In this document: positions 34,896-41,893 of the stretch, piece by piece
How positions within the stretch are numbered: the stretch's first letter is position 1
Layout of the letters: each line of letters opens with the position of its first letter
Virus record (IMG/VR): IMGVR_UViG_3300045988_059300
From: a virus
Strand: one strand, 5' to 3'
Length of the DNA: 42,446 bases
The notes under the pieces: model-generated
Seen by the model: the letters and a program-made list of their open reading frames with translations, nothing else
Database searches by the model: none
Told to the model about the DNA's origin: nothing
Translations under genes and position numbers: made by a program

Positions 34896-35002
34896 GGGGT
34901 CTGTTAAGGGGGGTTATATTCTTTCTTGTTTCTTTGGGGGGATTATAGGGGGGATAGAGATAAGGGGTTTAAGGGGAAAAGGGAAAGGGGGGAACAAGGG
35001 GG
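34896..35002 (+). repeat. Array of nine G-runs (3-6 G) on the + strand, which is a C-rich, G-poor tract on the - strand
   Basis: aagggg..aagggggg..gggggg attata gggggg..gggg..gggg..ggg..gggggg..ggggg. Confidence 0.9.
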
Positions 35003-35034
35003 CGTTTCTTTGTTCTTTCCTGGGAATCGGCCGG

Positions 35035-35238
35035 TTAAATCTTGTCTTTAATGGCGTCAATGATCCAGGCGTTGACGCTTTGGCCTGCGCGCCTAGCTGC
35101 ATCTTCCAGCTGTTCCGGTGTGAAACCGTCTCCGCCGTCCTGTCTGACTCTGATTGTGTACCTCCTGTATGTCTTTGCCTCGTACCTCTCCCGCGCCGGT
35201 CTATTTTGTGCATTGCGGATGCTCTTATCTGTAGGCAC
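35035..35238 (-). CDS. Ribbon-helix-helix DNA-binding protein (67 aa)
   Basis: GTG 35238 lies 5 nt after AAAGGAGGTG. YTIRVRQDG..FTPEQLEDAARRAGQSVNAWIIDAIKDKI. Confidence 0.65.
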   Translation of the reverse strand: MPTDKSIRNAQNRPARERYEAKTYRRYTIRVRQDGGDGFTPEQLEDAARRAGQSVNAWIIDAIKDKI

Positions 35239-35275
35239 GTTAGCACCTCCTTTGCTGGATAGTATACTATATAAT

Positions 35276-35296
35276 TGCATAACGCGCCATTATGCA
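35276..35296. promoter_or_regulatory. Operator-like palindrome O1 (TGCATAA-N7-TTATGCA)
   Basis: Lies between a TTGCAT and a TATATA on the - strand, upstream of the RHH gene. Confidence 0.5.
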
Positions 35297-35349
35297 AACC
35301 GCACAAAAATCAGCCCGGAATGTTGTATATCATTTTGCTGTATGCTCTA

Positions 35350-35378
35350 TTGACATGCGCATAACGCCGCGTTATGAT
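35350..35378 (+). promoter_or_regulatory. Promoter TTGACA-17-TATGAT with operator-like palindrome O2 (CATAAC-gccgc-GTTATG) in the spacer
   Basis: -35 at 35350-35355, -10 at 35373-35378, palindrome at 35360-35376. Confidence 0.6.
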
Positions 35379-35433
35379 TGAGGCACAGAAACGGAACAGC
35401 AACCACGACAAGTCAAACAGGAGGTATAACACC

Positions 35434-35937
35434 ATGACAACCTATTTCATCAACTGCAAGACCCTGGACGAGCTGAAGAAAGCCTACAAGGCCGCGGCCA
35501 TGAAGTATCATCCCGACATGGGCGGCGATACGGCCACCATGCAGGCGATCAATGCAGAGTATGAAGCCCGGTTTGAGGTTCTGAAACGATCTCAGAACAC
35601 GCAGGCAGCCGAGGACACCACCGGCCGGACGAAGGCCACCACCGAGAGCGCCGATGACTTTATCCGGATCATCGACCAGCTCTTGAAGCTGGACGGCCTG
35701 GAGATCGAGCTGTGCGGCCGCTGGCTGTGGATCGGCGGAGAGACCAGGAAGCACAAGGAAGCGTTAAAGGCCGCCGGTTGCCGCTGGTCCTCCACCAAGA
35801 AGATGTGGAGCTGGCACTTTGCAGAGGACGGCAGCCACTGGCACAGGGGCAGCAAGACCATGGCGCAGATTCGCAGCAAGTATGGCAGCACCACCTTCAG
35901 CCGTGACGCCGCCAGAAATGACGCTCTCCCCGCTTGA
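35434..35937 (+). CDS. J-domain (DnaJ-like) protein
   Basis: ACAGGAGG RBS. LDELKKAYKAAAMKYHPDMGGD (HPD). C-terminal ELCGRWLWIGGETRKHKEALKAAGCRWSSTKKMWSWH. Confidence 0.8.
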   Translation: MTTYFINCKTLDELKKAYKAAAMKYHPDMGGDTATMQAINAEYEARFEVLKRSQNTQAAEDTTGRTKATTESADDFIRIIDQLLKLDGLEIELCGRWLWIGGETRKHKEALKAAGCRWSSTKKMWSWHFAEDGSHWHRGSKTMAQIRSKYGSTTFSRDAARNDALPA

Positions 35938-35972
35938 CGGGGAGGCGTCCAGGATAGGAGGAGGTCAGAACG

Positions 35973-36227
35973 ATGCAGGCATACAGAGGCTACTATATCG
36001 GAGAAGGGCCGAATGATTTTCACAGCAAGGCGGAGATTGATTGTTTTCTGCGGGAAAGAGCCGTAAAACGAATGAAGCTTCTTGTCCATTTCTTTTGTAG
36101 GGGCGGAGACATGGCGGCATCTAAAATGCTTTCCGATCACGAATTGCAGATGATGCAGCAGAACAATTTTACCCCGGCCGAAATTGAGGAGCTTGAAATT
36201 GAATTTATGCAAGAGGAAGCAATATGA
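35973..36227 (+). CDS. Hypothetical protein (84 aa)
   Basis: GGAGGAGG RBS. Confidence 0.6.
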   Translation: MQAYRGYYIGEGPNDFHSKAEIDCFLRERAVKRMKLLVHFFCRGGDMAASKMLSDHELQMMQQNNFTPAEIEELEIEFMQEEAI

Positions 36228-36466
36228 AAATCTACTTTTTCACCAGGAACCTGGAAACCGGCTTGATCTATGCCGGCTGCAAGGCCAACGGGAAGCGGTT
36301 CACCGCTCCCGTCTGGAAGCAGGGAAAAACGTCCTATGTTACCACCGGAGCGGCCATCACAAAGGACCTGAAGCGCCACACATTCACCAGCAACCAGGAA
36401 GAGGCCCTTTCCCGGTTTATCGCCAGCAGCTCCCAGAATATGGAGGACTGGAGGGGGATTGAATGA
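36224..36466 (+). CDS. Hypothetical protein (80 aa)
   Basis: ATGA coupling. Confidence 0.6.
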   Translation: MKIYFFTRNLETGLIYAGCKANGKRFTAPVWKQGKTSYVTTGAAITKDLKRHTFTSNQEEALSRFIASSSQNMEDWRGIE

Positions 36467-36915
36467 ACTGGCAAGACCTTTTCCAGCGTTGGGGACAACC
36501 CAGCACAGAAGCCAGGATTGAGGTCCGAGACTACCTGCTCCGCCCGGACCAACTGACAGCAAAAGAAATAAAGCACTACGACGAATCAGCAGAGCAGACA
36601 ATCAAGGAGCTGGAAGATACAGCCGCGGCCCTCCTGGAATACCGGCTTGCGCTGGCGGCCAGATATGCGGAGTTGTCCACGATGCCCTACACGCTCCGGC
36701 TGGAGCTGATCCGGGAAAGAGGCTGGAAAGGCCCCGTCACCTATTGGCTCTGGCTGGTCCGGCACTATGAGGACGGCCACGAGGAAGAGGAATGGTCTAA
36801 GGACTGGCCCGGCAACGAGCGGCACAAGGCATTGAAAGCCTACCGGGAAGAGCTGAAAGCCCGCCCCGGAATAGAAACAAAGCTGGACATAGAGAAAAGC
36901 CGGTGGGAGCATTGA
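36463..36915 (+). CDS. Hypothetical protein (150 aa)
   Basis: ATGA coupling. Confidence 0.6.
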   Translation: MNWQDLFQRWGQPSTEARIEVRDYLLRPDQLTAKEIKHYDESAEQTIKELEDTAAALLEYRLALAARYAELSTMPYTLRLELIRERGWKGPVTYWLWLVRHYEDGHEEEEWSKDWPGNERHKALKAYREELKARPGIETKLDIEKSRWEH

Positions 36916-36984
36916 CGCTCCCCCGGCGGGATGTTACAATTAAATTTAACGGAGCCCGCATAGCGGGAGAAAGGATCAAAAGCC

Positions 36985-37185
36985 ATGAAACAGATCAGCA
37001 TTAACAACGGCGCAACCTACACCACGGCCGCCGAGGCGCTGGAGGAAATCAGCCTTGACACTATGGCTGAGTACATGGATGACGACGCCCGCGAGGCCGT
37101 GCATAACGAGCTTGCGCCCTGCTCCGATATTGAGTTTTTGGAGCGGTATCTTGAGATTGCACCTGATGACCTGATTGTAGGATAA
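36985..37185 (+). CDS. Small highly acidic protein (66 aa)
   Basis: GAAAGGA RBS. D/E-rich EALEEISLDTMAEYMDDDAREAV. Confidence 0.6.
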   Translation: MKQISINNGATYTTAAEALEEISLDTMAEYMDDDAREAVHNELAPCSDIEFLERYLEIAPDDLIVG

Positions 37186-37192
37186 ACCGTTG

Positions 37193-37223
37193 CCCGCCCT
37201 GGAGCTTCCTGGGGCGGGTTTTC
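37193..37223 (+). terminator. Intrinsic terminator of the J-domain operon
   Basis: cccgccc-12 nt-gggcggg followed by ttttc. Confidence 0.55.
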
Positions 37224-37286
37224 ATGTCTTTCAAGCAAAGAAAAGCCGGGGCTTTTTCGCCCTGGCCTCTCTAATTTCACATCATG

Positions 37287-37527
37287 TTCACAGTAACAAC
37301 ACAGAACCATTGAATTTCTAATCAAAACAGATACAAAAGTCTTAAATCTTCAAATCTTTGTTTTCCCTATGTAATTCCAGCCTTTTCCTTGCAGCTCTAA
37401 GGTTTTGCAGGCTCTCTTTATATTACATTTTGTGACGTAAAATTACCATCTAAATTCACAGTAAATTCACAGTAAACCCGCAATTTCCGGCCTTTATGTT
37501 CACAGTGGAAAACTATGTGGAAAACTA
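37287..37527. repeat. attP-region repeats: TTCACAGT x4 plus two tandem duplications
   Basis: TTCACAGT at 37287, 37455, 37466 and 37499. Tandem aaattcacagt x2 and gtggaaaactat x2, directly 3' of int. Confidence 0.6.
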
Positions 37528-38613
37528 TCCCTCCCTGGCGTCCATGTAAGCTCCCAGCAGCTGGGCCGCGGTTGCCTTGTGCTGCTGCCGCAGATGGGTG
37601 TATACACTCTCAAGAACCTCCGGCGTGTCTCCCAGTATCTCCGCAGCCTGCCGGGGGTCAAGCCCCGCCTCATAACAGATCGTGGCGAAGCTGTGGCGGA
37701 AACAGTGGGGTGTGATGGGGAATGTCTCGTGTGTCGCACCATCGCTTGTCTGAATGATCTCATTCAAGCCCACATCCCGGCAGTATTTCCGCCAGTTCCT
37801 TGTGATCTCTCCGGCCCGCATATATCCGCCATCGGCGCCGGGGAAGATCAGTCCCACCCGGTTCCTGGGCAGGGCGTCCGCCAGCGGCGCCAGCAGCGGA
37901 ATCTTCCGGTTTCCGTTCTCGCTCTTCAGGTGGTCCTCCAGCTTCGGAAACTGCCCCATTGCATAGCTGAGCTTTTTGGTCACATGGATGACCCCGGCTT
38001 TCCGGTCAATATCCGCATAGGTCAGCGCCAGGGCTTCTCCCCGCCGCATCCCGGTATAAAGCAGCAGATACGGGAACAGCCACCAGTGGGCTTTTTTCTC
38101 CCGCCCCGCTGCCTTTACGGCGGCCTCCTGCTCTTCGGTCAGTGCCTCCCGGTGCTTCACCGGCAGCCCCCGGCTCTTCTTGATCTCCGCGGCCGGGGAA
38201 ATATCAATATCTCCGGAGATCACCGCATGGGCGAATATCATCTTGCAGACACACAATTCAATAGAAACGCTGTTGGCGCTCCTGCCCTGCTTCTCGAACG
38301 CGGAGATATACCGCTGGATATCCAGGGGCCGTATCTCCTTCGCAGGTCCGGGGAATGCCTCTTTCAGACGCTTCACGGCATAGGAGTATACCCGCCGCGT
38401 GGATTCTCCAATATCCCCTTCGTGCTGCACCTCCCACTCGTCCGCGATCTTTGGGAAGTCGCGCCCACGCTCTTTCTGCTCCTGGTATTCCAGGATTTTT
38501 CTGTCCACCTCGCGGCAGCTCTTTCCCCGGAATGCCACCCGCTTTCCGTTGATGGTCCGGATCGCCTCGAAGAGCCCGTCCGGCCTCTGATGATACTTGC
38601 TTTTCTTCGCCAT
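37525..38613 (-). CDS. int: Tyrosine-type site-specific integrase
   Basis: N-terminal SAM-like region. TGMRRGEALAL, HCFRHSFAT, LGDTPEVLESVYTH (R..H-x-x-R..Y). Confidence 0.9.
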   Translation of the reverse strand: MAKKSKYHQRPDGLFEAIRTINGKRVAFRGKSCREVDRKILEYQEQKERGRDFPKIADEWEVQHEGDIGESTRRVYSYAVKRLKEAFPGPAKEIRPLDIQRYISAFEKQGRSANSVSIELCVCKMIFAHAVISGDIDISPAAEIKKSRGLPVKHREALTEEQEAAVKAAGREKKAHWWLFPYLLLYTGMRRGEALALTYADIDRKAGVIHVTKKLSYAMGQFPKLEDHLKSENGNRKIPLLAPLADALPRNRVGLIFPGADGGYMRAGEITRNWRKYCRDVGLNEIIQTSDGATHETFPITPHCFRHSFATICYEAGLDPRQAAEILGDTPEVLESVYTHLRQQHKATAAQLLGAYMDAREG

Positions 38614-38628
38614 CTTCTTTTCCTCCTA

Positions 38629-38657
38629 TTGCTTCATCAGGAGGTCTGTGCTATACT
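38629..38657 (+). promoter_or_regulatory. Promoter TTGCTT-17-TATACT, pointing away from the int start
   Basis: -35 at 38629-38634 and -10 at 38652-38657. Flanked by the inverted repeat GGAGGTCTG/CAGACCTCC. Confidence 0.5.
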
Positions 38658-38659
38658 GT

Positions 38660-38741
38660 GAACAGACCTCCCGGCTTCGTGGTTGCTGTTCGGGGTGTCG
38701 TTGTGCCGTCCGGGTGCGTCAACGCCCGGGCGGTTTTCTTT
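38660..38741 (+). ncRNA. Candidate roughly 80-nt sRNA antisense to the int upstream region
   Basis: Hairpin gaacag...cuguuc, then the terminator ccguccgggug-cgucaa-cgcccgggcgg-uuuucuuu. Its G-U pairs form only on the + strand. Confidence 0.4.
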
Positions 38742-38746
38742 ATAGA

Positions 38747-39526
38747 TCACCAACAATACGGGCACGGCGAGTAGCCAATATACGCGCAATATTCGATATT
38801 ATGTGCCCAGTATTCGTCTGCGTTTTGGAATGTATCGCACCAATAGTTGTGGTAGTATGGAGAACCGTCAACAATAAAGCCGATGCTGCTATTCAACATT
38901 GCTGATTCTTCTCTCATACTCCTTATAATATTTTGCTTCGAGTCGACCTTCTCTTGAAGCGAAGAAATCTCCTTCTCTGCCTCCTCTAAATCCATTGAAC
39001 AATTTGAATACAGCCAAACAAATGCCGACGAAAGGCAGACCAGAACGGCCAGCATAATAAAAAAGCCCATCTTGAAATAATTTTTCCCAGCGTTCTTTTC
39101 CCGTTCCTGCGGTAGTTTAAAATTTGATCTGTATACCTCAATAATAGGAGCTGGTTCCGCTTTCGCCACAGCGTAGCCTGTTTCTGCTTGCGTATTTTCA
39201 GGTGACTTCATCTCAACTGTGGAAAGGCGCCCCTTAGAACGTAAAATATGCCCCCCTATTTTGTAGAATACGATACCCCAAATCAGAGCGGGAGTAAAAG
39301 TTCCAACATTATCCCCCGCCATGAAACGCAGAGCCATAAACAAAATGGCAACTGTGATTGTGTAGAGAATACAAAGCAGACGGAATCTCTTTTTCAAAAT
39401 TGGTTTTTTCCAAATTAGCGCAAACAGAAGAGGCCCTGCCCCATAGGCTAACAATGTTATAGCCATTGCCAACAATATGCTCATGAAATACAAATTAGGG
39501 TTTTCAGAGAACGTTGAATAATCCAT
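38747..39526 (-). CDS. Multi-pass membrane protein between cI and int (superinfection-exclusion-type position)
   Basis: Four or more hydrophobic helices, a coiled segment, and a C-terminal YYHNYWC...GYSPCPYCW Cys/His motif. Visibly AT-richer than the flanks. Confidence 0.75.
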   Translation of the reverse strand: MDYSTFSENPNLYFMSILLAMAITLLAYGAGPLLFALIWKKPILKKRFRLLCILYTITVAILFMALRFMAGDNVGTFTPALIWGIVFYKIGGHILRSKGRLSTVEMKSPENTQAETGYAVAKAEPAPIIEVYRSNFKLPQEREKNAGKNYFKMGFFIMLAVLVCLSSAFVWLYSNCSMDLEEAEKEISSLQEKVDSKQNIIRSMREESAMLNSSIGFIVDGSPYYHNYWCDTFQNADEYWAHNIEYCAYIGYSPCPYCW

Positions 39527-39545
39527 ATCATTTCCCTCCTCAGAA

Positions 39546-40169
39546 TTATCTTACTAAGCTAATAAAGTGCGTTGCTTTTCCCAGTACATGAACTCTTGCC
39601 ATCTCTTCTCCCCAAAACACGAATGGCGTGCAAGTTGGGTTTTCTGGTTCTAACACGATTCGATCCTCAAACTTCCGAAATCTTTTCAAAGTAGCCTCTT
39701 CATTATCAACTCGAATGGCAGCGATCTCCCCATTCTCGACCTCATCTTGCTGTCGAATGCATACAATATCCCCATTGAAGATGCGAGCGTTTATCATGCT
39801 CTCTCCTTTGCAGATCAGTGTAAAATCACAGTGAATATACTCAGGCACTTCATCGTATCCCTCAATATTCCCATCAGCAAGTATCGGTTCTCCGCAAGCA
39901 ATCCGGCCTAACCGCGGGACCCTTCTTGTGTGCGGCATTGAATGGATGTTAGTTGGAAGGTCGTAATTCCCTTCCCACCCCATAAGATAAGCTGGAGGAA
40001 CATCTAATGCATCCGCAATCTTTTCCAGTTTGTCAAGTGGTATATTTGTGATAATTCCGTTTTCATACTTGAATATTGTCTGTTTTGTCGTTCCACAAAT
40101 TTCCCCAAGCTCAGTCTGAGAAATTCCTTTTTCTTTTCTCACTTTTGCAATTCTTTTTCCTATATTCAT
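39546..40169 (-). CDS. CI-type repressor (XRE HTH + S24 LexA-like peptidase)
   Basis: ISQTELGEICGTTKQTIFKYENG. GESM (Ser) and ATLKRF (Lys). AAGGGGTG RBS. Confidence 0.9.
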   Translation of the reverse strand: MNIGKRIAKVRKEKGISQTELGEICGTTKQTIFKYENGIITNIPLDKLEKIADALDVPPAYLMGWEGNYDLPTNIHSMPHTRRVPRLGRIACGEPILADGNIEGYDEVPEYIHCDFTLICKGESMINARIFNGDIVCIRQQDEVENGEIAAIRVDNEEATLKRFRKFEDRIVLEPENPTCTPFVFWGEEMARVHVLGKATHFISLVR

Positions 40170-40198
40170 TATCTCACACCCCTTCTTTTCGTAACTTA

Positions 40199-40226
40199 AT
40201 AATATCACATATTTTTGCAAAATCAA
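40199..40226 (-). promoter_or_regulatory. Repressor promoter candidate (TTGATT-16-TATTAT)
   Basis: Back-to-back with the cro-side promoter. Confidence 0.45.
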
Positions 40227-40238
40227 GCAAAAAATAAC

Positions 40239-40267
40239 TTGACAGGTCACTTTATCCGTTGTATTAT
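40239..40267 (+). promoter_or_regulatory. Early promoter (TTGACA-17-TATTAT)
   Basis: -35 at 40239-40244 and -10 at 40262-40267, 44 nt upstream of ATG 40311. Confidence 0.65.
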
Positions 40268-40310
40268 TTTAGTAACCCCAAAAGTTACGTTTATATAAGG
40301 AGGTATTGCA

Positions 40311-40511
40311 ATGGTTGCAACCGATAAACTTCGTGGGATTATATACGAGCGCGGAACTTCTCAAAGAAAAGTTGCTTCTGCACTTGGAATGACCGAAAAA
40401 ACATTCTATAGCAAGATGAAAAAGGGCGTTTTCGGAACAGATGAAGTTGAAAAGATGGTCGAACTCCTTAATATCCACAATCCAGCAGAAATTTTTTTAG
40501 TCAAAAAGTAA
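40311..40511 (+). CDS. Cro-like HTH regulator
   Basis: AAGGAGG RBS. SQRKVASALGMTEKTFYSKMKKG. Divergent from cI. Confidence 0.75.
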   Translation: MVATDKLRGIIYERGTSQRKVASALGMTEKTFYSKMKKGVFGTDEVEKMVELLNIHNPAEIFLVKK

Positions 40512-40525
40512 CTTATTAAGTTACT
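40507..40525. promoter_or_regulatory. Perfect 9-bp-arm palindrome AGTAACTTA-T-TAAGTTACT
   Basis: Overlaps the cro stop. Related GTAAC(TT) half-sites are at 40191, 40234 and 40272/40284. Confidence 0.5.
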
Positions 40526-40573
40526 ATCTTCTCGGCCTATCTGACCAGTCCGCCAGCTAAAAAGGAGGTCCGT

Positions 40574-40792
40574 ATGGAAACACCTGTATTTGCAAACGAA
40601 AAGGGCTGTGCCCTTCTGGCCGCCATCGACGCCGGGATCATTCCCGAAACGGAAAGCGGCTATGACACAGCCCGATTTGATAAGTTCTGGTCTCTGTATC
40701 TGCGAAATCTGGCCCAAGTCTACAGGGCCTCAGAGCAGGGCGGAAAAGAGCAGCTCCACAAGCTGCCCGATCAAGGCGCCGATCACCAGTAA
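40574..40792 (+). CDS. Hypothetical protein (72 aa)
   Basis: AAAGGAGG RBS 5 nt upstream. Confidence 0.55.
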   Translation: METPVFANEKGCALLAAIDAGIIPETESGYDTARFDKFWSLYLRNLAQVYRASEQGGKEQLHKLPDQGADHQ

Positions 40793-41044
40793 GAGGACTT
40801 GATACCAGCGGTCCAGCTTCTTCCGCTTTTCCATGATCTTCTCATGGTCATAAGTGGCAAGGGCGCAAAGGCCGTCCTGCGTGGCAAAGATGGCTTCCAG
40901 GTCTCTCCGCACATCTGCGGAGCAATATCCCCTTGGCTTTGCCATCAGCCACCGCAGCATGTCCGCTTCACGTTCTGTTAAGTCAGAAAACCGGACGCCC
41001 TGGATGGTCCTTCGCAGCATTTCCGCTTGTTCGGAAGTCATCAT
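40730..41044 (-). CDS. Opposite-strand protein with C-terminal TM anchor (104 aa)
   Basis: Natural-looking sequence (EREADMLRWLMAKPRGY...) ending in WYQVLLLVIGALIGQLVELLF. Its 3' end overlaps 40574-40792 by 63 nt. Confidence 0.5.
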   Translation of the reverse strand: MMTSEQAEMLRRTIQGVRFSDLTEREADMLRWLMAKPRGYCSADVRRDLEAIFATQDGLCALATYDHEKIMEKRKKLDRWYQVLLLVIGALIGQLVELLFSALL

Positions 41045-41134
41045 GCGGCAACACACTCCTTGTTATCAGGATACCACATATCAATAAAATCGGCAATATA
41101 AACAGATAGGAGATATGACGATCTGAAAATTTCA

Positions 41135-41308
41135 ATGAAAAGGATTCGAGAGCAAACGTGCCAAAAGCGCCTCTTTCAATGCGATGTCTGCGGGGCAATC
41201 ACTCCGGCCACAAAAATGAGACATAGAGGCGCCACCTTGCCTGGGCACAGGAAAACCATGTATTGCTTTTTCTGCAAAAAGAGAACGGATTTTACTCAGA
41301 TTGAATAA
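41135..41308 (+). CDS. Small zinc-ribbon protein (57 aa, below the ORF-track cutoff), KTR-like
   Basis: FQCDVCG...YCFFCKK. No strong RBS. Confidence 0.45.
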   Translation: MKRIREQTCQKRLFQCDVCGAITPATKMRHRGATLPGHRKTMYCFFCKKRTDFTQIE

Positions 41309-41434
41309 CAAAATGCCCCCGCCAGTGCTGACACCACCGACGAGGGCTGCGGAACCTATTGAAAGCGCCAACAGGCCCGCGAGGACAGTATACCATTCCT
41401 CCGGGCGGAAATCAATCGCAAGGAGGAATTTACT

Positions 41435-41611
41435 TTGAACGAAAACAGCACCATCAAAGACCTGGAGTCCCAGGCACGCAACACCAAGCGGCTCATGGAC
41501 AAGCTCAACCGGGCGGCCTACGGCATGACCTTTGACGAGGCTCTGCGCCTTCGCCCGTCAGACCCGAACAGCAACCACGACCATCAAGAAAAGGAGGACC
41601 CGAATGTCTGA
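41435..41611 (+). CDS. Small hypothetical protein (58 aa, not in the ORF track)
   Basis: TTG start 9 nt after AAGGAGG. Overlaps the next gene by 8 nt. Confidence 0.45.
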   Translation: MNENSTIKDLESQARNTKRLMDKLNRAAYGMTFDEALRLRPSDPNSNHDHQEKEDPNV

Positions 41612-41804
41612 GTCAAGATACTACCGCGACAACCTCGCGGACATTCTAGAATTCACCGAAGGGCGGCACCTGCTGTCCCTGGAGGATGTCCGGCGATTCA
41701 CCGGCATCAAGAAATACAGCACTTTGAAGAACCGCTTCCCCTTCAACGGCTCCAAAATCTCCGCCGCCACCCTGGCCCGGAGTCTTTCGGAGGTGTCGAA
41801 ATGA
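41604..41804 (+). CDS. Excisionase-like small HTH protein
   Basis: AAGGAGG RBS. LSLEDVRRFTGIKKYSTLKNRFPF..ISAATLA. Confidence 0.55.
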   Translation: MSESRYYRDNLADILEFTEGRHLLSLEDVRRFTGIKKYSTLKNRFPFNGSKISAATLARSLSEVSK

Positions 41805-41893
41805 TCCTTCAAATCATCGTTCTGACCGCTGGAGCCATCTCCCTGACAAACGGCCTCTTCTGGATACTGGACAGACTGGAGGGCCACAGATGA
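41801..41893 (+). CDS. 30-aa hydrophobic peptide
   Basis: ATGA coupling at both ends. MILQIIVLTAGAISLTNGLFWIL. Confidence 0.4.
   Translation: MILQIIVLTAGAISLTNGLFWILDRLEGHR

Noticed and set aside
34297-35262. 321-aa + strand ORF across the terS-upstream gap
   Set aside because: The translation is pyrimidine-rich and low-complexity with no RBS. It runs antisense through the RHH gene and spans the G-run, AT-rich and iteron segments. The region is treated as non-coding.
37579-38661. 360-aa + strand ORF
   Set aside because: Antisense shadow of the integrase gene, which has the full R..HxxR..Y signature.
41132-41371. 79-aa - strand ORF
   Set aside because: No RBS. The opposite strand carries a zinc-ribbon ORF with paired CxxC motifs, which is the more plausible reading.
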